This document shows, one piece after another, positions 1-11,313 of a stretch of DNA of 64,000 nt. Made by a program: the position numbers and the translations under genes. The notes beneath the pieces are model-generated. The model ran no database searches. It was not told the DNA's origin and worked only from the letters and a program-made list of their open reading frames with translations. Position 1 is the first letter of the stretch. Each line of letters starts with the position of its first letter. Source of the stretch: Raillietiella orientalis (taxonomy: Eukaryota); the NCBI GenBank assembly GCA_036172245.1, contig JAYWIR010000039.1:372001-436000 (forward strand), in the 5' to 3' direction.

Positions 1-683
1 GTTTAAAGACGTTTACATCAGTTTTAAAAATTATATCTATTAATCAAAATAAAGATCCTTGGCCTGCACACATTTCTTTCAACGGGAAACGGGTTTATTC
101 CTACAAGATGGAATTCTGGAGTCCTGGGATTAACGAATTCATCGGAAGCGCTTCGAGCTGATGCTTGATCTTCGATAGTCCTCTCTCATAGCAACAAATT
201 ACTCAAATGTTCAAAAAAATGATAATCTGTCAGACACAGGTCCGGAGAGTGAGGTGAGGTTTCATCATCACCCAGTTCATTTCATTTTTTGAAAGTCATC
301 CGTGAGACGTGCGGTCGGGCGTTGACATGAAGACGAACTGGTCCTCTTCGGTTGACTGATGCTGGCCGAAAAAAATGCAGCTTCCCATGCATTTTTTCAA
401 TTTCCTGACAACATTTTTCTGTTGTCGCTGTTTCACCAGGATATAAGTTGTGGTGGATGATGCCGCTTGCCGACCACCGAACAGTGACCATAATCGTTTT
501 AGGTTTAGGAAATTGTTTTGGTGCTTCTCCTCGGTCCAGCCACTGTGATGAACGTTACCAGTGGTTAGAGAGGGTCCGCTTCTCGCCACATGTGGCGATC
601 GAGAAAGGGTGTTCCCTTTTTGTTACCCAGAGGAAGCGTAGAGCAGACTTCGCATCGCCGAATTGCTTGGTGTTCCTTTAGCT

Positions 684-1499
684 CATAGGTTCCCAAACTC
701 ATTTGGCTTACCGCCCCTTTTTCAGATAAAACATTACTCAGCGTCCCCCGGGAAATTTACCTTCGTATTTACCAATTAACATAAGTGATTCGATAGAAGT
801 AAAACGTACATAAATGTTAATGGTCAACAGTTTTTTTACGATTCCGTTCTCCCGTTTTCGTCGATTCTGTGATAAAAAAATTGACAAATATATCAACTGT
901 ACACTTCAAAAAGTATTGTACCGATACAAGCCTGCTACGATTTTATTGTCAGTAAACACTAGAAGACACAGAAACATATGGTAGATATGTAAGTAAATCT
1001 ATATATATACTCAAGTGTAACTTGCTGTTTTTTAAAAATTAAAGTTTAAAAATTAATTCACTTAGACTATTTCTAACTACTTCTCACACAGTTCAGAAAC
1101 ACTCTAAATTTGATTTCATGATTCCGCCTATTGATAGCACAGTAATTTAGGCAGGTAATGACGCGCCTATTTCTGCAGGTGCATGAAGGATTTTCCGACA
1201 GTACGCGACACGCTCGTCTGTCAACACTTGCTTGAGGAGACCCGTCGGCCGACTTGACCACCGACCGAGTACAACTTGCATTTTGTGTGCTTATTCGGGA
1301 AACAAAGTACCTAACCTAGCTACAACTTCCCATGGTACACAAACCTGTACGAACGGTTTTTTGAAGTTTTCTCATCTTCTCTTTCTTGATTCTTTCACCG
1401 TCACCCGCCCCCCATATTTTTTATTCAATGCCCCCCAATTGCACTCAAGACTACTATCGCCTCCTTGAATCATCCCAGCGCCCACTTTGGGAAACACTG
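684..1499. mobile_element. Non-autonomous hAT (Charlie-like) element inserted in the mariner WVPHEL codons
   Basis: Imperfect TIRs CATAGGTTCCCAAACT (684) and CAGTGTTTCCCAAAGT (reverse complement, ending 1499). Flanking 8-mers CTTTAGCT (676-683) and GTTTAGCT (1500-1507) match 7/8. Removing the element and one TSD copy restores RVPHKLKEHQ. Confidence 0.85.
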
Positions 1500-1700
1500 G
1501 TTTAGCTTATGCGGCACCCGTTGATCCAGCTTTTCTGTTTTCCCAATCAGGCTCAAATGTCGGACAACTGTTGAATGATCAATACTGAGGTCTTCTGCCA
1601 CCTGTGAGTTGTTTTATACGTGGGTCCCCTTCAATGATGGTTCTTGAACCATTATTGTCATAGCCGAGAGAGGTCCACGACTCTTCTCGTTTTCAAGGCT

Positions 1701-2468
1701 TTCGTTCCCAAACAGGATGCCTCCGATGAGGTCCGGCATAAATTGGAGTCGACCTCCGGGTCCTTCCAAGAATCATGCAGTGGGAGCTCCCCTCCGGTTG
1801 TGAAAGAGTGGCCTCCCCATTTTGGGGGAGACCCCTCCGCGTCAGACTGATGGAGTAGGTGTGTCGCCACCACCTCTCCAGAGAGTGCAGAGACGCGAGC
1901 CGATCCCTTCGGGGAAGCTGCGTCCTTCTGAATTTCGGAAGCGTTCCTTCTGGGTTCTCTTCAGAGGAGTAAAAACAGGAGCGGATCCGTTGCCTCCGGA
2001 GAAGAAATTGCAGGATCGGATCCTTTCCGGGTTTCCTTCAGAGAAGAAAGAATGGAGAGGACCCCCATGGGGGTCCTTCAGAGAGAATAAGGAGGGACGA
2101 TTCCCTTCTGGATTCCCCTTCGGAGACAACCAGGATGGAGGTGATCTCCATTTCCGGGTATCCCTCCGAGGAGTGAGAGGAACGGACTCCGAGTCCTTCC
2201 TGGATTCATAGGGAGGACCCCTCCTGGGGTACCCCCCTCTCTTGAAGAATTCTCCACCTCCGAGTGGCGTGGAACCGTGTCGAAGAACTGTGAAGACAGA
2301 AAAGAAGGATTTCCATCATCCATTTGGGAAATAAAGTTCCTAACCTAACTTCGACTTCCCATGGTGCACAACAGATGAAACTTGTACGAACGGTTTTTTT
2401 AAGTTCTCTCACCTTCGCCTCTTTCCTTAATCAACCCTCCCTCCCCCCCTATTTGTATTCAACACCCC
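1701..2468 (-). mobile_element. Second insertion in the mariner: GC-rich repetitive 'module M' (~1710-2250) plus a ~150-bp segment (2324-2468) also found at 1296-1440
   Basis: It interrupts the transposase between ...KFRESNL and SLENE. Its reverse complement aligns by eye with 48130-48543 and 59170-59585 (GGGGTACC..GGAG.GG.CC.CCTATGAATCCAGGAAGG ... GATTC.TGGAAG.AC.CGGAGG ... GCATCC). Confidence 0.7.
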
Positions 2469-3936
2469 CAAATTACTTTCACGAAATTTTCAGAGTCAGC
2501 CTTGGGCTGCACGTTCACTAACTGACTCTCGGCCAAAAACAAATTCGATATTTCGAGCCGTTTCTGGTGCTTCTTTCTGTCGCAATTTAAACTCTTACAA
2601 CCAAATCGCGCGAATTTGCTTTTTTCCCATGACTAATTAAAGAGGTACCACAATACTAAAGAATGAAAACGTTGAAATCAGTCGTGCCAATTTCATTGTT
2701 TGCAATGATGCATCACTTAATCGTTAACTGGAAACATCGGCGCCACACTTAAAATGACAAATTATTATCGATTATTTTTGCGCCAACCTAATACATCAAT
2801 GGAAAATAAAACTGCTTCCTTTTCACATTATGTAGAATGACCCAGCTTTAAGAAAAGATTCTCGTTAGAACAGGACTCTTTCGTGGATTTCATCAGTGAC
2901 TAATTATTGGTTGTTGGCTCATATCAGAAAAATTATTTAAATGCACAGCCCTCAGTTTTGCGGAAACAGGTTGAACATCATGATAAAGCTATTTTTTTTT
3001 GTTGCAATTAGCTGAATCTTGTTTTAGTGATTAAAAAGATTTTTTTTTGTTACGATAAATTATAATTTGTGGCATACTTTTGAATTTGTAAGCATACTTT
3101 TAGAAAGTTTGGATGTACTGAAACGATAAACAAGTCGCTCCCCGTCTCATGGAAGGTTTTTCTTTTGCTCCAAACACGTTGTTCTTTTTTCTCTCTCTCT
3201 CCTATATCCTTTTCTTTTCCTCTTTTCTAGCAAAGGCAAATGGAGATCCAACCTCATAAATTTGCTCATGACCATGCTCATCATCGTTGCAGTACCTTTT
3301 TTTGACCTGTCTTGATTTTCTCGTTGGATTTCTCTTAAGGAATAACATCACGACAGTTCGAGCAAGTAGAAGCTCGAAAGCACTACTTGGTTTCATTATA
3401 GGTTTGCATGCTGATACGAATTCCCGTTTCGTAAAGGAATTCTTGGTGGACTAAGAACATAACCAACACATTTCGATTAAGCATGATTGCATTTGGGACA
3501 TGGAAACATTCGTTACAAATCCAATGCTTGGTAAAAAAATATATCTATAAAGCAAAGAATTTATTTAAAATTTGGATCCCTAAACGTGAAAGACCAAGTG
3601 CACTTGGAACTTGACTCAATAAAGAGTTTGCTTTCCGGTGCATTTTAGCAGAGGACTCACAGCTATGAACGGTGACTTTTTTACGAATAGCTCAATTTTA
3701 GTATATGTACTGTGGAAGCAGCTACTAATGATTCAACTCCCTTTATTAAACTTTTTGCAACATAGGCTTGCTTGCAAACTAAGTTTGAACCACTTAGCAT
3801 CCAAGAGCTTCTGTAACATCCTAGATGAGTTTTGATGGAGCCGAAGCGAATTTTAAACAATTTGGAGCCACAACAGAATGGCTTTAGTTGCGGATGGCAC
3901 TGCAATAACTGATAAAGAAATGTGACTCTGCTAAAA

Positions 3937-4374
3937 CAGGGGTGTCAAACTGGCGGCCCTCGATGTGATTTTATGTGGCCCGCAATGCTCTGAAACAAAA
4001 TGAAATAGCAGAAGAATATGTGACGAAGAAAATAGCAAGTAACCGTCGCGTCGTTGCCATGTCACATGCTCTACGATGCACTGGTCAACCGTGGGGGACA
4101 AGGTCCAAATGCAGCCCGAGCTTCTGTTGATTGGACGAATTTTCATGAAAGGCGTTTGCTCCAGTGTCTTTGTCTTCATCGGCGTGACAAAGATCTGTGG
4201 GTTTTATAACTTATTTAACAAAAGTGTAAGTAGTTGCGGTTATTTGAATTTTTAAGATTTATACCAAACACCTATGTTTTAAATTTTCAGAAAATTTGTA
4301 AATGTCCCGTGGCCCGCGTGGATCTTACCAGTCGCATTAAAGGGCCCGCGGTTGAAATGAGTTTGACACACTTG
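3937..4374. mobile_element. hAT-type MITE (438 bp)
   Basis: TIRs CAGGGGTGTCAAACT and AGTTTGACACACTTG. Perfect 8-bp TSD TGCTAAAA at 3929-3936 and 4375-4382. GGCCCGC subterminal repeats. Confidence 0.93.
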
Positions 4375-4889
4375 TGCTAAAAGATCATGAAGTATTCATA
4401 ATGGACATTGGATAGAGCACCGAAATTTGGTGCATCGACTGCAGCTAATAGTTGAATTAAAGCAAAATTTCATGAAAATTCCACTTTCTCCACTCTTATT
4501 TAAAGCATCGCAGATGACGAATGCTCTCAAATTTCTTAGAAGTCCTTGAAGCACTTTGTTTGAAAAACACAGACTTGAAAACTATGAGCTTAGTAGCGAA
4601 CTCACCAACTCAATACGCAACTAACATGCTCCGTTTGACTTGCAGTGGGTAGCTTACTGGTTGAATTGAAAAGAAACAAAGAGCCGTCCCAAACAGGGAA
4701 TAGGAAGATCAATGTTAGTAACCTACTCTGTAATTGCAAGACTTCCTCTTGAACTTTTGAATATTAATACATACCCTTCATCCCCTTCACCTCCATCTTT
4801 GGGATTTCTTGTTTCCTCACTTGATGTTGCTTTCTCAGTGGTTTCCTATTGGTTCCATTTCTTACCCCGATAATGTGCTCATGCAGTAG

Positions 4890-6300
4890 GGCGAAGTAGG
4901 CCTCTGTAGGGAACGTGCTGAATGTTGTTTATTCCTTGCCCTCCTCAGTATGGAACATTCGCTTGCAAAAACGTCCACAGCCTCTTCCATACTTTGGGAG
5001 AATTCTAAACGGTCGTCCCTCTTTCGTTCCTCTCTTTCTGGAAGGGCAACTTGAAGAAGCGGCAGTCACCAAGGATGTTTACCTTCCGGGCAGGAACCAA
5101 ACTGTTGTCAAACTCTCGGAGGAGCGCAAAGTTTGTGGATTTCCTGACCTATTGCTGGTACATCATTAACAGTCAGCGTACTTTTTTCACCTATTCTCAT
5201 ATTTTCGGAAAACACTTGCGAAAACTTTTCTCCGAAGAACTTGAAATAAAATGAGAAACTGATGTGCGTACTTCCGATTATAGCTCCTTGGGATTGGTCT
5301 CACGCAAACTTTCGCAAGAATGTTGCTCCGATAATTTGTTTCTCTCTCTTTTCCACGGGAAGTTTCTTCTTATTTTTTTTCATAGTCTCTCTGTTCCTTT
5401 TCTCTGTCTCAAAAGGCTCTCCCTGCTCTTCGGACAGATTCTCCCTGCCTAGTTTTAAAAAGGGCATGTTTTCGCCTTCCCTTTCTTCTCCCATTTCCTT
5501 CGCCTGTTTCCTCTGTCTTGATTTCTTATCTTTAGTTTCCTGACTTTTCTCACAAGAATTCTGTGCGCTTTCCTTCAACTTCTTCCAGATCTGATATTCT
5601 CATTCTGGGTCCTGTGGCCTGACGAAAGTAGCAGTTTCTATTGACCTGGGAGAAGATCCTGCAGTGTGACCTTTCTCCCTTCTCTTTGTACACCGATGTT
5701 GGATAGTTGGCTACTCGTGGCCAAACGTCGGGCATAGCCTGCAGAAATCAGAATAGTGCAGTGCGTTGTTCCAATGATGGTGACAGCTCGTCTATGGGAG
5801 TCTGTCTCGTGATATTAGCACTCCTGAGAGGCATGATCTTCATAGACATTGTTTATGGACCACATTCTTTCTGGTTACTCTTTGCACCCTCCCACATTGG
5901 ACGAGTTTCCCACACTACTTTCTGGGATATGTCCGTGCTCATATCACACAAATGCACCTTAATCATCGCACCCTTTTCCTTGACACTTATCGTCTCCTCG
6001 TTTAGTTGAAAGCCAATCATGGTGACATCATTGGCGAATATTCGACTTTCCATGTATCCTGAAACCCGCCCACCAACAGCACAATTTCTTTGATTCTTTC
6101 CTTAGCTGAAAAAAGTTCTTGTAAAATCTGCAAAAAGCGAGAAATGGCGCCGTTTTTTTGGTTTTTTCTATTGCGAAGGTGATGTCAATTCTTTTCTCCT
6201 CCATTTTGTGGATGGAGTCCTTGAATTTATAATCTTCAGTTCCTCCCCAGGTCATTTCAAATTTTCGTTAACATGGAGACATCTAGAACGATGATGGCCG
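4890..6300 (-). pseudogene. Decayed non-LTR retrotransposon ORF1-like (gag/CCHC zinc-knuckle) region
   Basis: Broken frames give ...MIKVHLCDMSTDISQKVVWE..., then FCRLCPTFGHE and two further degenerate knuckle-like motifs (..KEKGERSHC, NCYFRQATG), then a K/E-rich tract. This order resembles Tx1/L1-clade ORF1. Confidence 0.5.
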
Positions 6301-7736
6301 ACTAGGAAGTCACCACCCTGGCGCAGTGCCATGACCTGTTTGGAAACCTCTCTTCTCGTCCTCTTGGCTGCGTTTTCTTGAAGCTTTCCTCCGGTCCTGT
6401 ATTGAATGGTCCACTTTGCGAGTCCGTTAGTCGTTGTTGTACTGCACAGCCACTCCCACTTTTTGTTTTACTGGGTGAAGGACTCGCGAGCACAACGGTT
6501 ATGTTAGGGAACGCACGTAACTAACGTAGGATATTTACTTATCAACGTGAAGCAATTTTGTATTTCTTGTTTCTTAAAGGCTCCCAATGCCTGCTATTGA
6601 TGTGATCGAAGGCATTCATACTTTAACGTTTTCATTTATTTGAAGAAATGGCAAGTATCAACACTTATCGACTAAATGAAATAATTAGCTAATTAAATAT
6701 GAATAAATCACTGAATTTTTTTATGAATCTGGGATTCAATTTCCTTAAAAGAAGTTTTCCGATGCTTCAAGCCTTTATGACAAACAATGGACGTATGATA
6801 GCATCGAGTCAATCATGTCTAAATTTTGAAAAATTTACATCATTTTGCACACTTTTAGTAATTTAAATGCTTCAAATACTTCGAAACAATGAAACCCAGA
6901 ATGCCATTTGTCTCTTTTCTCTAAAAAGTCTTATAAACGATTCAAAGACTTTGTGAGAAGTAAAACTGATTTTTTTTGTTTGCATTGCTTTTTATGATAA
7001 TTACCAAGAGAGCTGAGAGCTCTCGAAGATACATCAGTATACATATTTTGATTTGAATCTAATATAAACTTTTAGATTCAGTTTTATAGAAGCGAGACAG
7101 GAGTATCTTTAGTCATACTTACCAAAAGATAGGTTCCTTTAATCACCATCTTGCTCGGAAAATCTTTACTCATTGTGTTAATACTTATATGCCAGACTTA
7201 AGAGCTCTTCCGTCAATAAGAAGCTGCCCTAAAGAGGGATTTTATGTCAGAGATGAACACATGAAATTACCGAAGAAAGTGTCAATCTCGGGATTATTAT
7301 GACCAGCAAAAACGTTCGAAGCGTTAGGGAAGGTAGAAGGTAGCTAAGATAGGTAGCTATGCCTTTTTCATATCAGAATGTTTTTTTCTAGTTTTGTAAA
7401 TTGTTTAAAATAAGAGGATGACTGCGGATGGTAGTTTTGGGGATCAAGTAAGATATATAAAAACGTATAAAAGTATTGCACGTTCATGAATTTACAATCA
7501 TAGCATTGAAATAATGTAATGATATGGCTGTGTATTGTTCATTTAAAGTAAACAAGAATTATGGTTTGTTTTTCATTTTTAATAATTAACTAATTTTTAC
7601 TACGTTTGTCTCATGAAACGGAATGGAGTCACTTATGTACTTCGAAATAATATGGCTAGTCCATGGGATTTGAGATTCCTGCTCATTAAAAGTTTTGGTA
7701 TTACCAGGTGTGGTGTATTCGTAGTGTTTTGTAACT

Positions 7737-8907
7737 ATGTTACCAGAAAAGGAAAATACGTCTGCCTCGGATTTCTACCCGTATACAGATAATGGAGGGT
7801 AAAATTGCCTTATTATTTTGCTTCTTGAATTACAAATTACGTACAATGCATCCTTTAAGTTACGCAGGGGCTCTTATTGAACACCAGTCCATTTGTTAAG
7901 AACGTGTCGTTTTCGCCATTTTCATATCAGGAAAATTTACCAACGTACGTGTTGAGAAATTTTCATTTCTGTATTGGCGTATGTAAGCAAACATTGCTCA
8001 TAATTGAGAAATTCATGGCTTAAAAAAATACACATGTAGCCTTCCAAATTACTGTATAACTGTACATCGAATTCAGTTCCAGCGTGATTCATTAATTATA
8101 CACATATTCGTATTTATGAGACAAATTTAAATTAATCCACTAATGTTCTTGTTTCTTGTAGGAGTGTTGCTGCTATTGGAGGTGATGGTTTTGTGGTGAT
8201 TGCGTCAGACACTAGGCTTAGTGCTGGCTATGGTATCTATACCCGAGATCAGCCCAAGTTATTTATTTTGCCTAATGGCAGTATACTGGGAAGTACTGGA
8301 TGTTGGTGTGACATCTTAGCTTTAACTAAATTGTTAGAGGCCCGTATTAAGGTACTGTTTTCTTCAGAAATAGATACAACATTTCAATTCTGAAGGTGTA
8401 TAAACATGAGCACCAGAAAGCAATTAGCACCCCAGCTCTGGCCCAACTACTCTCTACTATGTTGTATTACAGGCGTTTTTTTCCTTATTATGTTTCGAAC
8501 ATTTTGGTGGGTTTGGATTCACAAGATAAAGGTTGTGTCTACAGTTATGATCCAATTGGTATGTGGAGAAATTGTGATTCTTAACTGAACAGATTTTAAG
8601 GATCATATGAATGCAGCATAACTCAAGCTGGTGGAAGTGCAAGAACTTTGCTACAGCCATTTCTGGACAACCAGGTTCATTGTTTTTGAATTCTGACATC
8701 TAAGCAAAAATGATTTTCAAGGTAGAACAGAAAAACATGGAAATTGCTCCTCTGACATCCATGACACCTGAGAAAGCTGTGACCCTGATCAAAGATGCAT
8801 TCATTTCTGCAGCTGAACGAGAAACACATACAGGAGATGGGATACTGATTTGCACCATATCCAAAACAGGAATTATAAAGGAACAGTTTGCATTGCGCAG
8901 AGATTAA
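7737..8907 (+). CDS. PSMB1: Proteasome subunit beta type-1 (beta6); exons 7737-7798, 8162-8351, 8396-8558, 8601-8674, 8722-8907
   Basis: The spliced translation is [41 protein letters not shown]...[15 protein letters not shown]...[10 protein letters not shown]...LLQPFLDNQ|...[17 protein letters not shown]...FALRRD*. All junctions are GT-AG and keep the frame. Confidence 0.96.
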
Positions 8908-8988
8908 AAGTGAACCAGCATACAATTATATTTTAATTTTCATAGCTTGTAGTTGGGTACTCTGTTGACTTTTTTGCATTACGGAAGT

Positions 8989-11313
8989 TCAGCTTTTACC
9001 GGGAAGATTAATCGCCTGTCCTTTGTCTCTACCCCGGAGTTTCACACCTAGACATTTAGTGATGCATCACCTCATATCAAATGACTGCAACAAACATGCT
9101 TACCCAACACTTTCTCAAGTTTTGCTAAAATGGCGAAATTCGGAATAGCTCTGCCTGCTTCATAATCATTGACAACTTGTGGTTTTTCATTAATTTTCTA
9201 GAAGAGGAACAAGAATTTGGTATTCAGAAAGAACACCTTACAGCTGCTAAATCTTTTTGGGTCAGGCTCTTGGTTTGGCGTGTCTGCTGAATTATTCTCC
9301 CTACATCTTTGCCCACAGTTGTGTGTTTCAGCTCTTCAGTTTCCTGGTCTAATTTGATAGCATTCAAAGTGGTGTTTGTGTGCTTGTTGGTGGCTGCACC
9401 ATCTGAAACAAATTCATAGTTGAAGTATTTTTTATGTACCATTAGCTGAAAGGCAAGTACGATGACTCACATTTCTTCTGGGTGTCGATGGGCACACCAG
9501 ATCGCTTGGCTGCACTCAAAGCCTAGCAAGAATAGAAATGTGGCAAATGTAAAACAAACACTGCAGAACCAATGGAAAACTTCCAATTGCTGCTCTATGG
9601 CACACATGTATGACTATATGACTACTATCAAAGGTTCTCATAGAGAAAATCATTAGTTTATGCTAGCCTACAAACCTAAGTCTACTAGCACCCATAAAGT
9701 CCTTTAATCTCGAGAAGGCACTTTGTAACATAGTTTCATCAATAGGAAACAGAACTTTCAGACAAAAAAAAACCCTTCAGGAGAAGGGTTTCGTCTTTTA
9801 TTTTGTGTAACACCTTTCTATCTAGATTTTTCCACTTAAGAAAGTTGGAGAGATCCTGTCTATGTTTGACATTTTAAAATAAGTTCAACACTGTTTTCCA
9901 CATTTGCAAAGTGAATCTTGTATTTTTTAGGGAAGTTTGCATTTTTCATTAAAGAGAACATGTGCAACCAACAAAATCATCTATGATTCTATGATGCAAT
10001 TCAAATATTCTAAATGTATCTACATTCACTTTTGGGAATTGTACGTTGAAATCATTCAACCTAACTATTGTTCAAAATCTCTTTAAATGTTCCTAGGTAA
10101 GCAACTAAGTGATTTCTACAAAGTTTAGAGACCAGTGGAGACCAGAAATTGAATTAAGATTGGGTTAAGGCAAGTTAATTACAAGAAACTAATTTTCAAG
10201 CACTGAAATGCTTCATCAGTCATTTAAACGTGCAAAATTCTCAAATGTAAATTTGTGAAAACCAGGATAAACAAGTAATGAACTCAAGTCAAAGTGTGCA
10301 CAGTACTTAATTTTGAATTCCAAAATTCCAAATAGGCTCAGCTACATACCATAAATTTAAAGATACCTTTAACTGAATGATAATACAAAACAGATAAAGC
10401 AAATAAATTAAGATCACGCAAAATCACAAATACAATTCACAATTATATTACTGCCCAAACTCAACTGTTCAAATGGAAAGGCATGTAAACAAAGGGCTAC
10501 TGTTGACCAGCACTTTGTTAGATGTCTGATAAAAAATCATATTACGAAACCAGGAAAAAAATGAAAAGAAAATTCAAATTCATGCCCAAACATGACGTAT
10601 AACGACCTGGTCCGTTTATTATGTGGTGTATGTTGGTTTTTGGACATGGATGTGCCATGTCCAATAACCAACAAACACAACATAACACCTTGAACATTAA
10701 GAAAAACTGCCTTGAAAATTGGTTTGCTTCTAAATACACTCTAAAGAACAGGATAAGCATGAAGAATACATCAACATTTCTGCAGCAGAGCTAGTAGGGA
10801 TACACAATTCTGGGATACATTAACTTGACATAAAAAACAAAATGAACATTTCTGAAATATGACAAATAATGCATACTGTGACACATTTTCTCGGATATTT
10901 CACATTTCTTACATGAGCAGGAATGAAAAAAAAAGGTCAACTTTTCCCTTCTAGAAATTCACTTATGATATGGCTACCACATCTTATTCACGTTGAGAAA
11001 CGTGTAAGCACAGTTCAAAATTATGATTACAATTCAGTTAATTATTTTCTCACATGCACAAATCATTTTTCCATAAAAGGATTGGCCACTAAGCACAGAA
11101 GGGCAAGGTTCGACTTTGGACTAAAATACCTCCTTACTCAAAATAGAACATTTTGAGCAAAGAAAGCATTTTTCTATCAGAGAATCACCAACCCTGCGAT
11201 TGGACAGATTTTTCTCCTATAAAAACTAAAACACTCACTTTTTCTGACTTCAAATTCACCGACTTTTGTGGTCTTTTACGTAGAGTTATAACATCCCATT
11301 CCTGATCTGCCAT
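8989..11313 (-). CDS. EDF1: Multiprotein bridging factor 1 / endothelial differentiation-related factor 1; exons 11313-11239, 9522-9471, 9402-9242, 9197-9104, 9047-8989
   Basis: The spliced translation is [15 protein letters not shown]...|[25 protein letters not shown]...[11 protein letters not shown]...[28 protein letters not shown]...[17 protein letters not shown]. These are MBF1 and HTH motifs, with GT-AG junctions in frame. Confidence 0.95.

Larger units (their letters stand above)
1..2793 (-). mobile_element. Degenerate mariner transposon (cecropia/Hsmar1-like), in three pieces (2469-2793, 1500-1700, ~1-683) split by nested insertions
   Basis: The minus strand starts TA|TTAGGTTGGCGCAAAAATAATCG at 2793, a mariner-type TIR plus TA. 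ATG at 2630 gives MGKKQIRAIWL*EFK...ETARNI. The middle piece reads SLENE...DHSTVVRHLSLIGK..LDQRVPHKL (WVPHEL motif). The 3' piece reads TCGEK...QWLDRGEAPK...MVTVRWSASGIIH...LHVNARPH...HSPDLCLTDYHFF...KCV...YFD** (ends ~40). It carries many stops and frameshifts; the other TIR is probably left of the window. Confidence 0.92.

Noticed and set aside
3430..3930. Ulp1-like peptidase remnant (EPQQNGFSCG)
   Set aside because: A single short motif in broken frames is not enough support.
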